A stretch of 64,000 nt of DNA from Octopus bimaculoides. Its lineage: Eukaryota. Below, one piece after another: positions 51,030-62,285 of the stretch (positions within the stretch are counted from its first letter, which is position 1; every line of letters starts with the position of its first letter). The stretch lies in contig NC_068984.1 in the NCBI RefSeq assembly GCF_001194135.2, forward strand, positions 70,079,333-70,143,332. Reading direction: 5' to 3'. A program made the position numbers and the translations under genes. Below the pieces are notes generated by a model. It saw only the letters and a program-made list of their open reading frames with translations. It made no database searches and was not told the DNA's origin.

Positions 51030-52559
51030 CCCTGCCATGCACACATATACATATATCCTCATGCTCCTTATCATTTTGATGACTTCATATTCCATGTTGG
51101 CTTAGTTGAGCAAGATATTTCGAGGCAATATTCTATGCCCATATGAATGGGTACATACAATCACATGTACAGATACATGCATATTGAATTACTGAATTCC
51201 AGAAAGAATGCCTGTTAAAGTCATTGTCCTTCACCATGTCTTGGGCTCAAACCCAACGGAGTTACATTACACTATATATCAACCCATTTGAGGTTGTAAA
51301 CTATAAAACCAGGGCAGGACATTCCTCTCCCTCTCTGTTTCTGAATTTCTCTCTACCTCTGCCTTTCTGAGATTCTTTTTGGTTTTCATATTTTGGAAGA
51401 ATAAACCAGCTATGAATGCAACTCCATTAGGAATTTGAGACTAAAAAAGTTTATATACACATACATAGATGCATACATGCAAATATGGATACACACCATG
51501 GGCTTTCGATAATTTTCATNNNNNNNNNNTGTGTGTGTGTGTGTGTGTTCTGGGTATGACTTTAACCTAAACGTCATTTTGTGGTTCGAGTCTGGAAGTT
51601 CTTGGAGTTGTAGGGAGTGTGAAGTCTCTCGTTATTTATGATTACTCACAGGTCCATTCTGATTCAGAATGGTGGCCCCTGACAGATAGATTACCTAGTG
51701 GTAGAGGAGGCTCCCATTATTTTTGATAAAGCCGGGGTGAAAACAGCTCTTCTAAAAGAAAGATACTCTGACATAAAACTTGCTGTCAATATAATAGCAG
51801 TCATCTTGCAATGCATGTCATTGGAACCTACTATGGTTACTGGGAGAGTGGCAAAAGTGTCTTATAAGGTTTTGACACTTGAATCCAAAGGTATCGAGAC
51901 ATCTTACTGTCATTTGAATTTGAGACGGCTATTATCTGACAGGATGAAGTAATCATCTTCATAGATAAATATGTATATCTATATATATATAGGTATAGAT
52001 ATATCTATACACACACACACACACACACACATATATATTTATATGTAGTAGAATGATGTTAAAAAGTTCTTGGTACAGTATAATATATTTGAAAAAAATG
52101 AGTAGAGATAGCTTTTGTAGGGATAATTTTTTTTTTACAATGATAATNNNNNNNNNNNNNNNNNNNNNNNNNNNNNNNNNNNNNNNNNNNNNNNNNNNNN
52201 NNNNNNNNNNNNNNNNNNNNNNNNNNNNNNNNNNNNNNNNNNNNNNNNNNNNNNNNNNNNNNNNNNNNNNNNNNNNNNNNNNNNNNNNNNNNNNNNNNNN
52301 NNNNNNNNNNNNNNNNNNNNNNNNNNNNNNNNNNNNNNNNNNNNNNNNNNNNNNNNNNNNNNNNNNNNNNNNNNNNNNNNNNNNNNNNNNNNNNNNNNNN
52401 NNNNNNNNNNNNNNNNNNNNNNNNNNNNNNNNNNNNNNNNNNNNNNNNNNNNNNNNNNNNNNNNNNNNNNNNNNNNNNNNNNNNNNNNNNNNNNNNNNNN
52501 NNNNNNNNNNNNNNNNNNNNNNNNNNNNNNNNNNNNNNNNNNNNNNNNNNNNNNNNNNN

Positions 52560-52756
52560 AAAAAATGAGTAGAGATAGCTTTTGTAGGGATAATTTTTTT
52601 TTTACAATGATAATGTTTACAGTTACTCTAATGCATTTTGAGCTTTTCAATAGCAGTTTTCACCTATTGAAAAGCTCGAAACTTATTAGAGTAACTATAT
52701 ACATTATCATGAAAATAAAACTTATCCCCCAAAAAGCTATCTTTACTCATTTTTTC
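52560..52756. repeat. Fold-back (palindromic) element, arms about 94 bp, 10-nt loop
   Basis: AAAAATGAGTAGAGATAGCTTTT...GAGCTTTTCAATAG [CAGTTTTCAC] CTATTGAAAAGCTC...AAAAGCTATCTTTACTCATTTTT. Confidence 0.9.
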
Positions 52757-52769
52757 ATATATATATATA

Positions 52770-53110
52770 TATATTGGATTTTACTCACAAGATTTTGGAA
52801 TCTTATATGTATACCATTCTGCCTAAATAATGCATCTACAAATGCAATATCCCTGCATATCTCACATCTATTTACATTCCTCCACTTCACTCCCTATTTT
52901 GTATCCTATCTAAATTAACTATTGCTTAACCATTTTCTCACACCGGCTCTGATGAAAGGATATAATAAATATTCTGGAAACAGCTGTAAGACTTTCTATT
53001 TATAAATGTTCTAAAATCTTCACAGCCTATCTCATTTCCTCTGGAAGATATTAGATCAAAGAAATGATTTCCCTAACATCATATGGAACATCCTCGACTG
53101 TGTCTCTATT
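52770..53110 (+). mobile_element. Probable Penelope-like 3' tail / pLTR
   Basis: FWNLICIPFCLN resembles the PLE terminal PxGLN motif; followed by a C/T-rich UTR and a minimal hammerhead motif. Confidence 0.5.
52945..52992 (+). ncRNA. Minimal type I hammerhead ribozyme motif
   Basis: CTGATGA (52949-55), 7-bp stem II AGGATAT/ATATTCT, GAAAC-AGCT-GTA (52977-88). Stem I only partly paired (GGCT/AGAC). Confidence 0.75.
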
Positions 53111-53803
53111 ATTTACCATGAGCTTGTAATTCCAGCATTGCCTCTGTGGGAACCTACTTTAGCAGCTTACCATATCCATCAAGAAAACTAATTATCCTGT
53201 TCACCCATTGATTGCTAATAAGCAAAAAAGATCACCTTAACCCAAGCTGGTGAAGGTCAATTGCAGAGGTTGTACTTTTTGTGTGCTCATAGTGAGATTA
53301 TTTCCTTTCTGATCACCATCATTGTAGTCTACTATCACCTGATTACAATTGCATCATGATATCAATAGGTATCACTTCTTTTCCAAAATATCCACATTAC
53401 TTGACTAGCAATGGAAGCCTATATATTGTTAGTTACAATCTCTATGCTCCAACTCTGAATATCAAAATATACAAATATATATCAGCACTCACAAAACTTT
53501 AAGTTAAAGCTAAAACAACTTGTTAAATAATTAGAACTCCAACTAAATAAATTGTGTACTACTTGCTTAAGGTTTTCACATACACACACATACACATAGA
53601 TATTTAGGAGAGGCAACATAGTGACTCAAAGGATGACAGTTTCATGTGCTGCCACTTACTAAACTAATTTGTGCATTAGCACTTACCAAACTAGTTACAA
53701 ATTGAGGGTTTGTGACTTACATTACCAAATCTTTATCTCTCTCCCCCTCCACCTTTCTCTCTATATATACATAAATGCATACACACACACACATATATAT
53801 ATA

Positions 53804-54383
53804 NNNNNNNNNNNNNNNNNNNNNNNNNNNNNNNNNNNNNNNNNNNNNNNNNNNNNNNNNNNNNNNNNNNNNNNNNNNNNNNNNNNNNNNNNNNNNNNNN
53901 NNNNNNNNNNNNNNNNNNNNNNNNNNNNNNNNNNNNNNNNNNNNNNNNNNNNNNNNNNNNNNNNNNNNNNNNNNNNNNNNNNNNNNNNNNNNNNNNNNNN
54001 NNNNNNNNNNNNNNNNNNNNNNNNNNNNNNNNNNNNNNNNNNNNNNNNNNNNNNNNNNNNNNNNNNNNNNNNNNNNNNNNNNNNNNNNNNNNNNNNNNNN
54101 NNNNNNNNNNNNNNNNNNNNNNNNNNNNNNNNNNNNNNNNNNNNNNNNNNNNNNNNNNNNNNNNNNNNNNNNNNNNNNNNNNNNNNNNNNNNNNNNNNNN
54201 NNNNNNNNNNNNNNNNNNNNNNNNNNNNNNNNNNNNNNNNNNNNNNNNNNNNNNNNNNNNNNNNNNNNNNNNNNNNNNNNNNNNNNNNNNNNNNNNNNNN
54301 NNNNNNNNNNNNNNNNNNNNNNNNNNNNNNNNNNNNNNNNNNNNNNNNNNNNNNNNNNNNNNNNNNNNNNNNNNNNNNNNNNN
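53804..54383. other. Assembly gap (largest of nine; others start near 10859, 30525, 48993, 51520, 52148, 55712, 59708, 61119)
   Basis: N runs, mostly flanked by (TA)n or (CA)n. Confidence 0.99.
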
Positions 54384-54414
<31 letters not shown>

Positions 54415-54981
54415 AAGTAAATGTGGGGATAAGGAAGCTTTCACTGAAGCTTTCCCTGAGGATGGAGGCAGATCTCATCTTACGATGGAATCACTCTACA
54501 AACATTATTTTAAACCATCAAGCCCCACCAGAAATAGCTGCTGGATTTGTATTACTTCTCTTCAACCCCTTTAATTTGGACTCTGTAAGTCAGGCCATTT
54601 TATATGTATACATATATACATTTTTTGTATTTCATGTATTTAATATACTTTTTATATATTGATCTGTCTAACTTGGTTATCCCTACATTTACTTCCATAC
54701 CCACTCAAGTTTAAATCTCTTGAGCACTACTAAGTGTATTCTATATGGAGAATATCTGATTCTCATCTACGAACTATATATAACACTCTATAACTTGTTT
54801 CTGTCAGTGTATACCAACATAATATTAACAGTCAACAACATTTAACTTGTGTTTTTTTTTTTGTTGACTGTATATAATTTATGCGTGTGTATATGTATGT
54901 GTGTATAAACGTATATACATACATACACACACGCATATATATATATATATAATCAAATGAATAACATGCAATGGATGTCAG

Positions 54982-55065
54982 CTCATTACAGCTGTTTCTT
55001 ATGTAACTTTAAATGGATGAATGAGAACATTACATCATTATAAAAGACCATAATTATCAGATGAG
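54982..55065 (-). ncRNA. Hammerhead motif in the left arm (G8 lost)
   Basis: Reverse complement: CTCAT-CTGATAA-TTATG...CATAA-GAAAC-AGCT-GTA-ATGAG; stem I and the 5-bp base of stem II are perfect. Confidence 0.7.
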
Positions 55066-55228
55066 GAAGGTAATTTTACAAAATGAAGGGATATCACAAG
55101 AATGCCGCAGAGAAGTGTCTGTTGAGGCTGAGCTTTGAAGTGGACATCTCCCACTTCACAGCTCAGCCTTGACAGACACTTCTTTGCTGCATTCCTATGA
55201 TATCTCTTCATGCTGTAAAATTATCTTC

Positions 55229-55313
55229 CTCATCTGATGATTACAGTCTTTTATAATGATGTAATGTTCTCATTCTTCCATTAAAAGTTACATAAAAAAA
55301 CAGCTGTAATGAG
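55229..55313 (+). ncRNA. Hammerhead motif in the right arm (G12 lost)
   Basis: CTCAT-CTGATGA-TTAC...CATAA-AAAAAC-AGCT-GTA-ATGAG; stem I CTCAT/ATGAG is perfect. Confidence 0.7.
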
Positions 55314-55609
55314 CTGAGACTTATCCATCGTATTTTATTCATTTGATTATAATACACCAAGGGAATGATTTGTTGGACACCCTACAGTATACCAACAATG
55401 TACTACTCAAAGTAACACATAATGTAGACCAGCCCTTTAGGCACTAAATAATTATAGGGTTGGTTTCCTTTGTGTACAAAACCAAATATCCTACCTGATA
55501 TCTCAACTCCAACCAGCCATTGGTTGGAACCACAAACTTTACTCAAGCCTACCTGGTGCATACTTTTCAAGTACCTGATTCTATCAGAATTCTCTTATTA
55601 ATTCTATAT

Positions 55610-55652
<43 letters not shown>

Positions 55653-56099
55653 TGCACATATATATATATATGCATATGTATGTATATGTATATACATATA
55701 TATATATACATNNNNNNNNNNNNNNNNNNNNNNNNNNNNNNNNNNNNNNNNNNNNNNNNNNNNNNNNNNNNNNNNNNNNNNNNNNNNNNNNNNNNNNNNN
55801 NNNNNNNNNNNNNNNNNNNNNNNNNNNNNNNNNNNNNNNNNNNNNNNNNNNNNNNNNNNNNNNNNNNNNNNNNNNNNNNNNNNNNNNNNNNNNNNNNNNN
55901 NNNNNNNNNNNNNNNNNNNNNNNNNNNNNNNNNNNNNNNNNNNNNNNNNNNNNNNNNNNNNNNNNNNNNNNNNNNNNNNNNNNNNNNNNNNNNNNNNNNN
56001 NNNNNNNNNNNNNNNNNNNNNNNNNNNNNNNNNNNNNNNNNNNNNNNNNNNNNNNNNNNNNNNNNNNNNNNNNNNNNNNNNNNNNNNNNNNNNNNNNNN

Positions 56100-56137
<38 letters not shown>

Positions 56138-56779
56138 TATACACATATATGTCTGTGTGTACTTGTATGCATTTATATATACATGTATATGTGTGTGTGT
56201 GTGTGTGTGTGCTTATCTCGATATATACATATCGACAGCCATAAATATTTAGATACATATGTGTGTGTAATATATATGTCATGTGAAGACGTTTGGAGAT
56301 CGAAATGAAGTGAAGCAGACAAATATTGGAATGATATGATCAATAGTCTGAAACATGTAAGTTAATATTACAATAATTCATATCAGAAATACAGAAAAAT
56401 CAATCATATTTGTCATTTTGCCAATCACTGAACTCACACATATGCACATCCACACACATATACAAATGCACACACACACATACACACAAACTGTTAACTG
56501 GTTCATTATTTCTTTTTAGTTTAATATATTTAGTTATTATTACCAAAATCTTAGTCCTCTCTTCTTGGTGTATCGGTTTCAGGCTGTTTGTGTAAAAAGT
56601 ATTTTGAAAACTGTGACAAATGGTGTTATTGTTGACGTAAGCCAACCCTAGGTCAGTCCAATGATTAGTTAAGTTATCCAATATACAATATACATTATCA
56701 ATATTAGTATACTTACGTTACAAGCAAAAAGGCTAGTTCTAAAATCTGTCTAAGAGATCAATGCAGTAGTTGTACTAAC

Positions 56780-57013
56780 AAGTAATGTTCATAGCCACTT
56801 CAACATGACTGTCCATTTGAATGGACTTTACTGCAATTTTTTTAACCCCAAGAGGTCGTCTCCTTTAAATGGTTAATGATGCACAGCTGCATCTGAGATA
56901 TTGCAAGCTGTGTATCGTTAACCAGCTAGAGGAGATGACCTCTTAGGGTTAAAAAACCACAGTAAAGTCTGTTTGAATGAACAACCATGTTGAAGTGGCT
57001 ATGAACATTACTT
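56780..57013. repeat. 234-bp fold-back element
   Basis: AAGTAATGTTCATAGCCACTTCAACATG ... CATGTTGAAGTGGCTATGAACATTACTT (28-bp perfect outer arms); imperfect complementarity continues to a loop near 56892-56901. Confidence 0.93.
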
Positions 57014-57754
57014 ATACTTATGTTATTTAAACTTCAAATTGCAGACATCACTGATTGATGTTTCATTAAAGAACAGTGGACATCATCAACTGACGTTCCA
57101 AAGATTTTACATGGACATGGCTATCATCAAAGGAAAGTAAATATTTTACAGAACTTTTCGATAATGTGATTGTAAATTTTTGTTGTGCAAGAAACTAACT
57201 ATTATTGAAGAATTTGTATTAATTTAAATGGAAAATAAGTGAAATAATTACCCCTAAGAAAAGGAAATATTGTTCTGAGTTTTTTTTTGTTTTTTTTTTG
57301 CCCATTTTATAAACATGTTTATGCAATTATTTCATACTGTTTAATAGTTAAGTCATTAAAGTTGCAAGAAAGATATTTTCATTCTTGCTTTTACTGCATC
57401 ACATTTGCCATGTAGTTGTCTATAGCTTGTTGAGGGATTAAATGAATGCTCATGATAAACATTGAACAAACTTTGTGAATGTTTGCAGTTAATTTATGGA
57501 TTGACACTGTCCTAACAAACTATAGCAAGTCTTCTTGATGGTAGAATGATTTCATTGAAGCTTGTACATTATAGCCAGAGAAACTGCATTTTGTGTTTCC
57601 AAAACTGACGATTCCTAATAAATTCAATAATGATCTTTCGATACTTGTTGAAGAAATTCTTGCAAACAAATATAACCTGTAATTTGTTTGATAAGGCCTC
57701 AGAAATATGGTGTGATGCTATTATTTAATTAGAAAAATGATTTCATTTGCTCCA

Positions 57755-57890
57755 AGATTATTTTAATTTATTTTGAAGTTATTTCATTTCAAGCTATTTT
57801 AAATTGCTTCAGGTTTATTTTAATTTGCTTCAAGTCTAATTTAATTCAATTTGAGTTTATTTTAATTTGTTTTGAGATCATTTTAATATT
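57755..57890. repeat. Degenerate AT-rich minisatellite, period about 21 bp
   Basis: Recurrent (T/C)TATTTTAATT units. Confidence 0.6.
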
Positions 57891-58051
57891 CACTGGCAAA
57901 GATATCGAAGTTTGGATTTAGCATAAAAAGTTATATTTTTGGTTGATCATGTAATTTATTCTAATGTTTTTAAATTGTTATAAAAATAAGTAATACATTC
58001 TTATTTCTTATTTATAATAGCATTAAGGTGGTGCGCTGGCAGAATCAATAG

Positions 58052-58287
58052 TAAGGCAGCAAGCTGGCAGAATCATTAGCACGCTGGGCGAAATGCTTAG
58101 CGGTATTTCGTCTGCCGTTACGTTCTGAGTTCAAATTCCGCCAAGGTTGACTTTGCCTGTCATTCTTTCAGGGTTGATAAATTAAGTACCAGTTACACAC
58201 TGGGGTCGATGTAATCGACTTAATCTCTTTGTCTGTCCTTGTTTGTCCCCTCTATGTTTAGCCCCTTGTGGGTAGTAAAGAAATAAG
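58052..58287 (+). mobile_element. Well-preserved family A SINE, preceded by a duplicated head stub at 58024-58051
   Basis: GCTGGCAGAATCATTAGCACGCTGGGCGAAATGCTTAGCGGTATTTCGTCTGCCGTTACGTTCTGAGTTCAAATTCCGCC; CpGs retained. Confidence 0.93.
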
Positions 58288-58432
58288 AATCATTAGTATG
58301 CCAGGCAAAATGCTTAGCAGCATTTGTCTGTCTTTATATTCTGAGTTCAAATTTCGCCAAGGTCGACTTCACCTTTCATCCTTTCTGGAGTCGATGTAAT
58401 TGACTAACCCACTCCCCTGAAATTTCAGACTT
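58286..58432 (+). mobile_element. Second family A SINE in tandem, with internal deletion
   Basis: GAATCATTAGTATGCCAGGCAAAATGCTTAGC..GAGTTCAAATTTCGCCAAGGTCGAC. Confidence 0.85.
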
Positions 58433-58440
58433 TGTGCTTA

Positions 58441-58772
58441 AGAGACCTCCTTCGTTCATGAATAGCCATGGGATTGCACCGCCAAAGTTACCCTCCGAGG
58501 CACAAGTCCAAGCAAAGTTGTTTATGGAAGACCAGCAGTCGCCCATGCATACCAGCCTCCCCTCTCCACGCCACCGATGTTATCCAAGGGAAAGGCAAAG
58601 GCCAACACAGCTTGGCACCAGTCATGTCACAACTCATTTCTACAGCTGAGTGAACTGAAGCAACGTGAAATAAAGTGTCTTGCTCAAGAACACAACATGC
58701 AGCCCGGTCCGGAAATCGAACTCACAACCTCATAATTGTAAGATCAACACTCTAACCACTGAGTCATGCGCC
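58441..58772 (-). mobile_element. Family E SINE, near full length
   Basis: Reverse complement: GGCGCATGACTCAGTGGTTAGAG..GAGTTCGATTTCC..GTGTTCTTGAGCAAGACACTTTATTTCACG (tRNA head plus CORE-like motif). Confidence 0.92.
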
Positions 58773-58855
58773 TTCTCTTGTGCTCATAGTAGAAAGGAAT
58801 ATTTATAATAGCATTTACAGCAGTGAGCTGGCAGAATTTATGGCATGCTTGTCAG

Positions 58856-59050
58856 ATGGTGCTATTTATGTGCCACCGGCAAGGGAGCCAGTCAGGGGCA
58901 CTAGCATTGACCACATTTGGATGGTGCTTTTCATGTGCTGCTAGCACAGGGAACCAGTCAGGTAGCACTAGCATCGACCTACACTTGAATGGTGCTTATT
59001 ACATGCCACCAGCATGGGTGCCAGTCAGGTAGCACTGGCAATGGCTCCGA
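58856..59050. repeat. Tandem repeat, 65-68 bp period, about 3 units
   Basis: ATGGTGCT..TGCCACC.GCA.GGG.GCCAGTCAGG..GCACT(A/G)GCA starts at 58856, 58921 and 58989. Confidence 0.85.
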
Positions 59051-59658
59051 CTACAACTTCACTTGACACAACACTGGGATCTATATAATTGACTTTCCCT
59101 CTCCTTGAAATTTCTAGCTATGAGCCAAAATTTGAAACCTATTTTTATAATAGCATTTCCACAATAAATATTATTGCAATATCAGATATATTATACTTGA
59201 TAATATTATATTTAATGTCACTTGTTCAGCTATGCTCAATTCAATGTTGACTTCAAAAACAAAGAAGTTCCTGCCTTTTTTTTTACCAACTCAAGAAACC
59301 GATATTTTTACAAGAATTTGTATCAGAGTATTGGTATTTGATGGCTTCATTTCAAAAATATCAACCACAAGAATTATCATTGATGTTCCTGGTGAAAGAA
59401 TTCACTGCAAATGATATGCTGCATAGCTTCTGTAAAAGTAACTGGTGCATACAATTTCAAAAATACCATCTACCTATATGTATGTATGTATGCATGTATG
59501 TATGCATGTATTTATTTATGATGTATATATATATATATACATATATATGAATATATATGTACATATATATACATACATATACATATATATACATACATAT
59601 GCGTATATATAAATATATATATATATAGTAACATGCAATGCATACTACATACATACGT

Positions 59659-59707
<49 letters not shown>

Positions 59708-60067
59708 NNNNNNNNNNNNNNNNNNNNNNNNNNNNNNNNNNNNNNNNNNNNNNNNNNNNNNNNNNNNNNNNNNNNNNNNNNNNNNNNNNNNNNNNNNNNN
59801 NNNNNNNNNNNNNNNNNNNNNNNNNNNNNNNNNNNNNNNNNNNNNNNNNNNNNNNNNNNNNNNNNNNNNNNNNNNNNNNNNNNNNNNNNNNNNNNNNNNN
59901 NNNNNNNNNNNNNNNNNNNNNNNNNNNNNNNCCCTGGATTAATGGTCTTCATTTGGATTATGTTGCAGTCATAAAGACGTAAGTGCTTATTTATGTTCCA
60001 GCATGAATGTACTTAGGTGTAATATATGTAAAATCTGTAAGTGTTGAAATCTTTGTATTTGGTTGTA

Positions 60068-60111
<44 letters not shown>

Positions 60112-60494
60112 TGTCAAGATGTCGTAACATGCAGCTATATGAATGTATATATGTGTGTTGTGGCTATGTTTGCATGAATATATAGATGGGATAAGTTTGT
60201 ATAAATGTATGTATATGTGTATGTCAATATTCAGTTTTATTTCAAGACTTATTGCCAATAGAGAAAGTATTGGTTTCTAACCTAGATCTAAGGTTCCATC
60301 TTTGGAATTTCAACTACATCAATAGGTTTTTTTGCCTGTATGAGTGTATATGTGCATATTTTTGAGTCATCACATATGAAAACTTTTATGGTTTGTTTTA
60401 TATATGTATACTCATGCATATAGTTACATGTCTAGACATGTGCATATACAGATAGATAGATAGATAAATAGATAGATGCAGATGTAGATACACA

Positions 60495-60790
60495 TACTGG
60501 CATTCCATCGATTACAATGATGAGGATTCCAGTTGTTGACCTGATCAACCGAGCAACCAGCTTGTGAAATTAACTTGCAAGTGACTGATGCTCTACAATC
60601 AAGTGTACCCTTAAAGCACTTCTTTGGAAGCTTCAACATGACACAGAATGTGACAAAGCTGGCCTTTTTGAAATACAGGTACTATTCACTTTTGTTAGCT
60701 GAGTGGACCAGAGCAACATGAAATAAAGCATTTTGCTGAAGGACACAATGTGCAGCTGGAATTGAACTCATGAGCCAAATCACTAAGTTG
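60495..60790 (-). mobile_element. SINE with family E-type head and family D-type 3' half
   Basis: Reverse complement has GAGTTCAATTCC..GTGTCCTTCAGCAAAATGCTTTATTTCA, then TTAAGGGTACAC..GCAAGTTAATTTCACAAGC..GGAATCCTCATC..CGATGGAATGCCA, colinear with 12565-12685. Confidence 0.75.
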
Positions 60791-60884
60791 TGTGTCTTCA
60801 CAATACATACGTACATGCATAGATATATCACTTTATAGTTAAAAAAATAGTAAATAAAGTTGGAAAAGGCACAGAAATATATTT

Positions 60885-61408
60885 TACTCTCTCTTTACTT
60901 GCCTCAGTCATTTGACCGCGGCCATGCTGGGGCACCGCTTTTTAGTTGAGCAAATCAACCCCCAGGACTTATTCTTTGTAAGCCTAGTACTTATTCTATC
61001 GGTCTCTTTTGCTGAACCGCTAAACTACGGGGATGTAAACACACCAGCATCGATTGTCAAGCGATGTTGAGGGGACAAACAGAGACACAAACATATACAC
61101 ACACATACATACACACACNNNNNNNNNNNNNNNNNNNNNNNNNNNNNNNNNNNNNNNNNNNNNNNNNNNNNNNNNNNNNNNNNNNNNNNNNNNNNNNNNN
61201 NNNNNNNNNNNNNNTATATATATATATATATATATATGTATATACATATATACGACGGGCTTCTTTCAGTTTCCATCTACCAAATCCACTCACAAGGATT
61301 TGGTCGGCCCGAGGCTACAGTAGAAGACACTTGCCCAAGGTGCCGCACAGTGGGACTGAAACCAGAACTATGTGGTTCGTAAGCAAGCTACATACCACAC
61401 AGCCACTC
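60885..61408 (-). mobile_element. Full-length family B SINE spanning a gap
   Basis: Near-consensus head and tail with CpGs retained. Confidence 0.93.
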
Positions 61409-62159
61409 CTACACCTATATTAGAGAATGTTTAATAAAATATTACTGGTTTCAATGTATCCATCTTATCAAATTCTAGAAATATTAGAAAGAATTTTTGG
61501 GTGAGTCAGAGAGAAAAAAATATTTTGGGGAAGGGTGTAACAGTTTGTACCCATAACCGAGTTCTTATATCATATAGATATATAAAATATATATGTATAA
61601 GTATTATGAGCATAGAAAATCAACAAGAATCAAAATCATACATATATTTGCTCATAACATGTTCCTGTAATTCAGTAATGGTGATATGAATATTCATTAT
61701 GTTATTAGATTTTCTCTTTGGAGAAATTTTCCCTTTTCACAAATCGTGATAACAACAAACATGCTTCATGCTTCAGTAATATAGTGAACTCTGGGACACC
61801 AGTGTTTTGGTATGTTTGTGCACCTTAAGTCTGAGACACTGATAGAAACATTGAATCCAAACAAAACAGGTCGTTCTTATATATAGACTTTGGTAAATAA
61901 ATTATTTGTTGATATATACCAAGCATTAGGCAGCTGTTATTAAATTATTATGAGTCTCCAAAACAGTGAGAATCAAACAATAATGTATATAGTTATTCTT
62001 AACATGTTCCAACAGATGTAGACATGAATAGGCTACTCACTGAAGGGTTTCATCTTTGGAGACCAACTTTTTCTTTTAGAGGATGTGTGTTGACAACACA
62101 TAGGCTTCCGTGATGTATCTGTACCTGCTCACATATTTGTCAATTAATATACATACATA

Positions 62160-62189
62160 CACATATCTATGTATCCCCCCCCACACACA

Positions 62190-62284
<95 letters not shown>

Positions 62285-62285
62285 T
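62160..62285. repeat. Compound (CA)(CT)(TA)(CA) microsatellite
   Basis: Direct runs. Confidence 0.95.

Larger units (their letters stand above)
54948..55351. repeat. 404-bp fold-back element, arms about 196-201 bp, 7-nt loop, next to (TA)n
   Basis: TATAATCAAATGAATA...GAAGTGG [ACATCTC] CCACTTC...TATTCATTTGATTATA; arms complementary throughout. Confidence 0.96.

Noticed and set aside
51600-51960. GC-richer block with an 84-aa ORF and a DR..GRGG word like an APE endonuclease
   Set aside because: Motif support insufficient; left unassigned.
52086-52617. Identical 55-60 bp sequence on both sides of the 52148-52559 gap
   Set aside because: Most likely an assembly artefact: contig ends overlapping at the left arm of a hairpin. 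Not counted as a real tandem duplication.
53669-56308. Long ORFs of 200-300 aa in the ORF track
   Set aside because: They consist of N-gap X residues and microsatellite translations; the same holds for the ORFs at 30.4-31.0, 52.0-52.6, 59.5-60.0 and 61.0-61.4 kb.
57650-57681. Minus-strand GYICLQEFL with EF-hand spacing after an AG
   Set aside because: Poor polypyrimidine tract, weak donor and no partner exon; probably chance.
60265-60310. Minus-strand CCAAAGA..AACCT/AGGTT..GAAAC-CA-ATA hammerhead-like arrangement
   Set aside because: Two core mismatches, broken stem III and no stem I.
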